Shown here in pieces: positions 60,360 through 64,000 of a stretch of DNA of 64,000 bases (position 1 is its first letter; every line of letters begins with the position of its first letter). The DNA is from Octopus sinensis (lineage: Eukaryota), in assembly GCF_006345805.1 (NCBI RefSeq), contig NC_043009.1, positions 26,784,001 to 26,848,000 of the forward strand. The letters are read 5' to 3'. The notes under the pieces were generated by a model that saw only the letters and a program-made list of their open reading frames with translations, did not search any database and was not told where the DNA came from. Both the position numbers and the translations under genes were made by a program.

Positions 60360-61483
60360 CTCTCTCTCTTTCGGAGAGGCACTGAGCAGCTATACGCACA
60401 CATACACACACGGCAGTAACTCCCGCCAACCGAATTCAATCACAAAGCTCCGGTCGGCTCGGGGCTATAGCGGAAGACACCTACCCAAAGTGCCACGCAG
60501 TGGGACTGAACCCGAAACCAAGCTCCCTAACCACACAGCCATGCCCGCGCCTACATATATATATGCATGTATATAGATACATCTATATATATACATTTAT
60601 ATATATATGCATGTATATAGATGCATCTATATATATATACATATATATGTGTATATATATATTATATATATATATGTATGTATGTATGCCTGTACATATG
60701 TGAGATAATAGTCTCACTTTAATAGTTTCAGTATTAAAGTCAAACTATTGAAGTGAAAGTATCTGACATTACAATAGAGAGATGTTATTGTTTCACTTTT
60801 GACACGTAATACTGAAATATGGAGAAGATATGAAATTGCTGTGGGCTTGCACTAGGCAAGAAGTTAAAAATTTTTTTTGGCATATGACACTACATGGAAC
60901 CTTAAGTAAGGCATGTGTAAAATTTAAATGAAATTGGTTGTGTAGTTCTCAAGTTTTAGGGATTCACACAGACACATTCTCATCGTTATATATATACATA
61001 TATATATGTACATGCAAACATCGCTTCTGTATATTTACTTATTCACATTTCCAAGTCCATTTTTACTGATGTTGTTGTTGCTGTTGAGTGTTGCTAACAA
61101 GCTGTTTTTCATACTAAATTGTAAATTGTTTTGGAAATTGATATTTAACCCTTTAGTTTTTAAACTTGCTACATGTGACCTCTCGCATCCAACCTACAAT
61201 GTCACTCTAAAACAATCACACCGCTGAAATCTTGAAGCTACAAGATAATGGATGATTAATTCTAAGCAATGTAAATAAATAGGTATTTCAATAAAGAAAA
61301 AGCTTAAAATAGTTACTACCTTCTGTAACTTCTGCTCCCATTTCATATCGAAGGCAGACTTAGCAGGTTGTCGGCTGACTGTCACAACAAAGGGCCTACA
61401 CTTTGCCTTCTCCAGTGCCGCCTGCTTCCGTTGCAGCTCTTTCTCTTCCTTCCATTTCTGCAGCATTTTCAGCCGTTCATTGC
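33918..61483 (-). CDS. DLGAP5: Disks large-associated protein 5 (HURP/Mars-like spindle protein with GKAP domain); 5' exon(s) not identified, terminal exon uncertain
   Basis: Exons (minus strand): 61483-61320, 57607-57229, 56011-55777, 54414-54043, 52976-52903, 52399-52331, 50418-49018, 47004-46844, 45228-45118, 43646-43451, 42950-42551, 42146-42076, 40735-40607, 39248-39104, 36134-36064, 34160-34036, plus a probable short last exon near 33932-33918. All GT-AG and phase-consistent (4103 nt). HURP motifs: ERLKMLQKWKEEKELQRKQAALEKAKCRPFVV, SFVPGNFVFTAP, and GKAP domain VPYFRNLV...VRTVIGQAKLLISQRFHQFIGLVDNCE...DLQGFWDMVDFQVEDVKKKFADLQKLKDNNW, then VFDGHFFKVESP. Confidence 0.9.
36239..36633 (-). 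mobile_element. Non-autonomous Helitron (395 bp)
   Basis: Minus strand begins TCTTTATATATAAAAG and ends CCGAGCAACGCCGGGCGATACTGCTAG, inserted between A and T, no TSD; internal duplication of about 100 bp. Confidence 0.85.
36990..37440 (-). mobile_element. Helitron/Helentron-like element, 5' portion (3' end not located)
   Basis: Minus strand starts TCTATATATATAAATGGCAAAATGTCTGTCTGTGTG at 37440, the same terminal design as its neighbours. Confidence 0.6.
37441..38270 (-). mobile_element. Internally deleted Helitron of the same family, carrying a frameshifted Pif1-type RepHel helicase fragment (about 37515-38040)
   Basis: Shares the 5' about 230 bp and the 3' ...GCAACGCCGGGCAATTCTGCTAG end with 36239-36633. 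ORF 37515..37880: AILAPRNKTVHHINDEML...YQSIDT...YPIEVLNS...GLPPHFLKLKVGAPIMLIRNL.PPKQCNGTRLIV, typical of Helitron helicases. Confidence 0.92.
38270..38621. repeat. 165-bp tandem repeat, about 2.1 copies
   Basis: ttcgtcctaaaaaacttt recurs with its C at 38275, 38440 and 38605; the units are near-identical. Confidence 0.92.
38760..39011 (-). mobile_element. Helitron/Helentron-like element, 5' portion
   Basis: Minus strand starts (A)TCTCTTATTATAAAAGGCAG; perfect subterminal hairpin aggcagat-aaa-atctgcct at 38979-38997. The lower boundary is approximate. Confidence 0.5.
39439..39712. mobile_element. Probable hAT-type MITE with GACTCC/GGAGTC subterminal repeats
   Basis: Left end cagggctgaggaatcg, repeated gactcc/gagtcgg motifs, degraded right end gactccagctaccc. 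No clean TSD found. Confidence 0.5.
46455..46510. repeat. (GA)n microsatellite; one example of many (TA)n, (TG)n, (AAT)n and (GAT)n tracts across the window
   Basis: Seen directly. Long (TA)n tracts also occur at about 628-658, 3194-3250, 4798-4830, 7848-7896, 11686-11724 and 60316-60355. Confidence 0.95.
47173..47882. mobile_element. hAT-type MITE interrupted by the family C SINE
   Basis: TIRs cagcgtttctcaa / ttgagaaacactg; flanks ccttac-g / ccttacag, a near 8-bp TSD. Related ends at about 63270-63283 and 63697-63715. Confidence 0.75.
47300..47675 (+). mobile_element. Full-length young tRNA-derived SINE (family C) with 13-bp TSD
   Basis: Head ggaggcgcaatggcccagtggttagggcagcgg...gtttcgattccc, (TTCC)-type tail, flanked by ATTGTAATACAGA at 47287-47299 and 47676-47688. 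A diverged relative lies at about 39880-40115. Confidence 0.88.
48430..48710 (+). mobile_element. Second copy of the Penelope-like repeat fragment with a hammerhead-like motif, between (TA)n tracts
   Basis: Motif TCTTT-CTGTTGA-A-GAGaGTAGgCTC-GAAAC-GT-T-AAAGA at 48565-48602. Confidence 0.5.
49412..50275 (-). repeat. Coding minisatellite: 32 copies of a 27-bp / 9-aa unit (TQVAPAETV, TQETPAETA, TQVAPAEAD and variants) inside the DLGAP5 exon
   Basis: Visible directly in the DNA (e.g. gagtaactgtctctgctggtgccacct on +) and in ORF 49001..50377. The frame stays open and is continuous with the GKAP domain. Confidence 0.97.
50568..51132. mobile_element. hAT-type MITE carrying a nested family A SINE (about 50665-51045)
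   Basis: Perfect 13-bp TIRs cagtgctctgcaa / ttgcagagcactg; TSD ATTTAGAT / GTTTAGAT. Confidence 0.8.
57685..59356 (-). mobile_element. Helitron-type element of about 1.67 kb with degenerate internal subrepeats
   Basis: Minus strand 5' (A)TCTATTATATCAAAGTC at 59356; 3' hairpin ctggcattgccag and CTAG at 57688-57685 followed by T. Repeated ccaaatt...aagatccattcag and gagttaaggcc motifs. Confidence 0.7.
59612..59993 (-). mobile_element. Full-length, low-divergence family A SINE in a DLGAP5 intron
   Basis: Runs tactcttttacttgtttcagtcatttgactgcggcc...cacagccactcctgcgcct and retains many CpGs. Confidence 0.88.
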
Positions 61484-61807
61484 CTATATAATAATAATAA
61501 TAATAATAATGAGAAGAATCCATGAAAAGATCTTATGAAAGAAAAAGATGTCAGGCAAAATTTGCAGATAAGGACTACTAGACTAAAATAGCCATAGCTG
61601 TCACTCACCAATAACTATGAGCTGGTAAAATGTACCATGGTTTTGTTAATTTGTTTTAGGTGCCTATTAAGTTATGAGCAGACACAGACACTCCTCATCA
61701 GCTCTTCTACCCCAGGTCTTGTGGAGAACTGAGGATGTGACAACTAAAGAGAGAGAGAGAGCAGAAGCTCTAAGTTGGTATTCATTTAAAGTTGAGAAGT
61801 CTGGAGA

Positions 61808-61928
61808 CATCATCATCATCAGCTTCACACACGAAGATCAGGAAGGCTGTCCACGCTGCGTGCATGCACACTCATGACTGACAAGTCCGATATGGGAAAG
61901 GCAGGTCCGCGCCTTCCTCCTTCCTCAA
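61808..61928 (-). mobile_element. 5'-truncated RTE-type LINE 3' end with (GAT)n tail and 25-bp TSD
   Basis: Minus strand encodes CLSHIGLVSHECAC (RTE C-terminal C.S.IGL.SH motif), then atcttcgtgtgtgaag and (GAT)4. Flanked by CATTTAAAGTTGAGAAGTCTGGAGA at 61783-61807 and 61929-61953. Confidence 0.85.
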
Positions 61929-64000
61929 CATTTAAAGTTGAGAAGTCTGGAGAAATGTGAAATGAATTACCTTGTTCAAGGACACTTCACACACTGCGCA
62001 GTCCAGGAACTGAAACTACAGCCTTTTTGTTATGACCCAAACAATCTAGCCACTAAGCCAGATGACATCACAGGACATGATTAAGACATATAATCCACCA
62101 GCATTTCTGCCTGTCGTGATAAAAAAAAATGTCAGCTCCAAATGCAATCCTTTAATATTTTTTAAAAGACACATACTGTCAGTAACCATAGTCAGTGTAC
62201 ATACCAGTGGCACATTAAGGGCACCATTCGAGCGTGGTTGATGCCAATACCACCAGACTGGCCCTCGTACTGGTGACATAAAAAGCACTCACTACACTGT
62301 CAGAGTGGTTGGATTTAGGAAGGGCATCCAGCTGTAGAAACTTTTCCCAGATCAGACTGGAGCTTGGTGCAGCCTTCTGGCTTGCCAGCCCTCAGTCAAA
62401 CCATCCAATCCATGCCAGCATGGAAAGCGGACGTTAAACGACGACAGTGATGATGATGATATACCTATACATATTTACATACATATATTTGTATGTGTGT
62501 ATGTATGTATAAGTGTTTGTATGTTGTCTGAACACGTGATAGTCATAAATAAGTTTACTGTTATGCAACCAGGATCATTCTTTTCCAGTATACTGTGAAG
62601 ACATGTCTGACTCTGAGGAAATGTTACTGTTCTTGGAAAATGGTGAGAGTTGGTAACAAGAAGGGCACCAGACTGTAGAAAATTTGCTTCAATAACCTCC
62701 ATTCAACCCGCACAAGCATGGAGAAGTGGAAAACAAATGATGATGATGATGATGATGATGATTTATGTTACCTTTCTTTGCCAATGCCAATCACTAAGAT
62801 CATCAGCAGGTGCAAAAGCTTTGAAATCCCGTTTATGGCCAACCCCACAGACTTTCAGCCAACTGTAGTTTGATGATATTTTCAAAGAACTTCCTCAAAG
62901 ACTTCTCAACATGTACGCAAATTAATCTCCCACAAGATAGAATACCAGCTCTATCTAAAGTAGCCTTCTCATAGTGCACTACCACCTATTTCTGGTATTT
63001 TACGAGGAATTTGTAGACAAGTGATCTTCCACCATTTTCTACTCCTATGGACCCTGTTGATTCCTATTTTGCTCAGGTGGACCCTCAGAGCCATCCCAGG
63101 TTTTAAAAAAAGAGCCTATTGTATTTTTATAATTAAATATTATTAATAATTATATATAAAAAAAAATTGTTAAAATATTTCATGTATTGTAGACATGTAT
63201 CAAATTTCTTGCATAGAAACTTTAACAACAAAATCTTATATGGATCCCCAAAGGCCATATGAACCCTGGTTGAGAAACCATTGCTGTAGACCAAGATGTT
63301 ATACAACGCATCACTGAATTTTTACAGAAAATGATGGACTGAGTGCTTAATCTTTTAGCACTTGAACCAGTTGTATCCAGCCAAAATATTATTCAACTTG
63401 TTTTCAGTTAAAACCGACCAGATCCAGCCTCTCACAGCAATAAATTGGACAAAGAGATCTGAATGTTAAAAGGTTAAACTAGGTTAGAACCAAATAAAAT
63501 AGACAAGGCATAAAAAAAAACTCACTTTAATATGATGCCTTCAGTGGGTTATTCCATAATAATAATAATACAATAAGACATCAACCCAGACCTTATAAGC
63601 CATTATAATAACTTGAAAGCCGCTTATCCACTCTGAAGATAAATGGTTAACTGTTTTCTGTTCAGCAAGCTGAATAGGAACCTGGTTTGTCTAAAGCAGT
63701 GTTTCTCAACCATTTTTCTACCTATGGTTCCCTATTTTACTTAGGTGGATCCCTATAAACATTTAATTTGATGTTTTAAAAAAATCAGATTCCAATTTCA
63801 TAATTAAATATTATTAGGAACTGTATAAAGAGAAGTGTTTAAATATTTCAAGAATAGTCAAAGAGTAAACCAATTTATTCTTTTATTCTTTTACTTGTTT
63901 CAGTCATTTAACTGCGGCCATGCTGGAGCACCACTTTTAGTCAAACAAATCGACCCCAGGACTTATTCTTTGTAAGCCTAGTACTTATTCTATTGGTCTC

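Noticed and set aside
9121-61483. Minor-spliceosome (U12) or GC-AG introns, and intronic snoRNAs
   Set aside because: All reconstructed introns are ordinary GT-AG U2-type, and I found no convincing C/D or H/ACA box arrangement by eye. An Infernal scan would be needed to exclude snoRNAs.
62770-62870. Possible DLGAP5 upstream exon (WLKVCGVGHKRDFKAFAPADDLSDWHWQRK|gtaaca)
   Set aside because: No similarity to the HURP N-terminus, and its phase-0 end does not fit exon 61483 unless the unverified microexon is real.

Overview
This is AT-rich, microsatellite- and SINE-dense eukaryotic genomic DNA. The repeat families, (TA)n/(GAT)n tails and intron sizes fit an octopus (coleoid cephalopod) genome best; that assignment is inferred from recognised repeats, not from a search. 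Most listed six-frame ORFs are spurious or repeat-derived. By reading splice sites by hand I rebuilt four intron-containing genes: (1) the last coding exon of an ANKRD46-like tail-anchored ankyrin protein (+, 2789-3098); (2) a complete 12-exon POLR1E/PAF53/RPA49 RNA polymerase I subunit (-, 24814 to 9121, 398 aa); (3) a complete 3-exon NDUFC2 complex I subunit (+, 25564-32734, 99 aa), head-to-head with POLR1E across about 750 bp; (4) a 5'-incomplete DLGAP5/HURP/Mars gene (-, at least 16 exons, 61483 to about 33920, more than 1360 aa) with a GKAP domain. The most striking feature is a homogeneous coding array of 32 x 9-aa TQV/TQE repeats just before the DLGAP5 GKAP domain, which could be a multivalent LC8/DYNLL-binding or ATM/ATR-target array. 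The introns hold dozens of tRNA-derived SINEs, RTE and CR1/L2 LINE fragments, hAT MITEs with target-site duplications, and a same-strand Helitron cluster with a head-to-tail junction and a Pif1 helicase fragment. Two Penelope-like fragments carry a variant minimal hammerhead motif, and two long fold-back sequences could be dsRNA/ADAR substrates. Coordinates were counted by hand; repeat boundaries are approximate.
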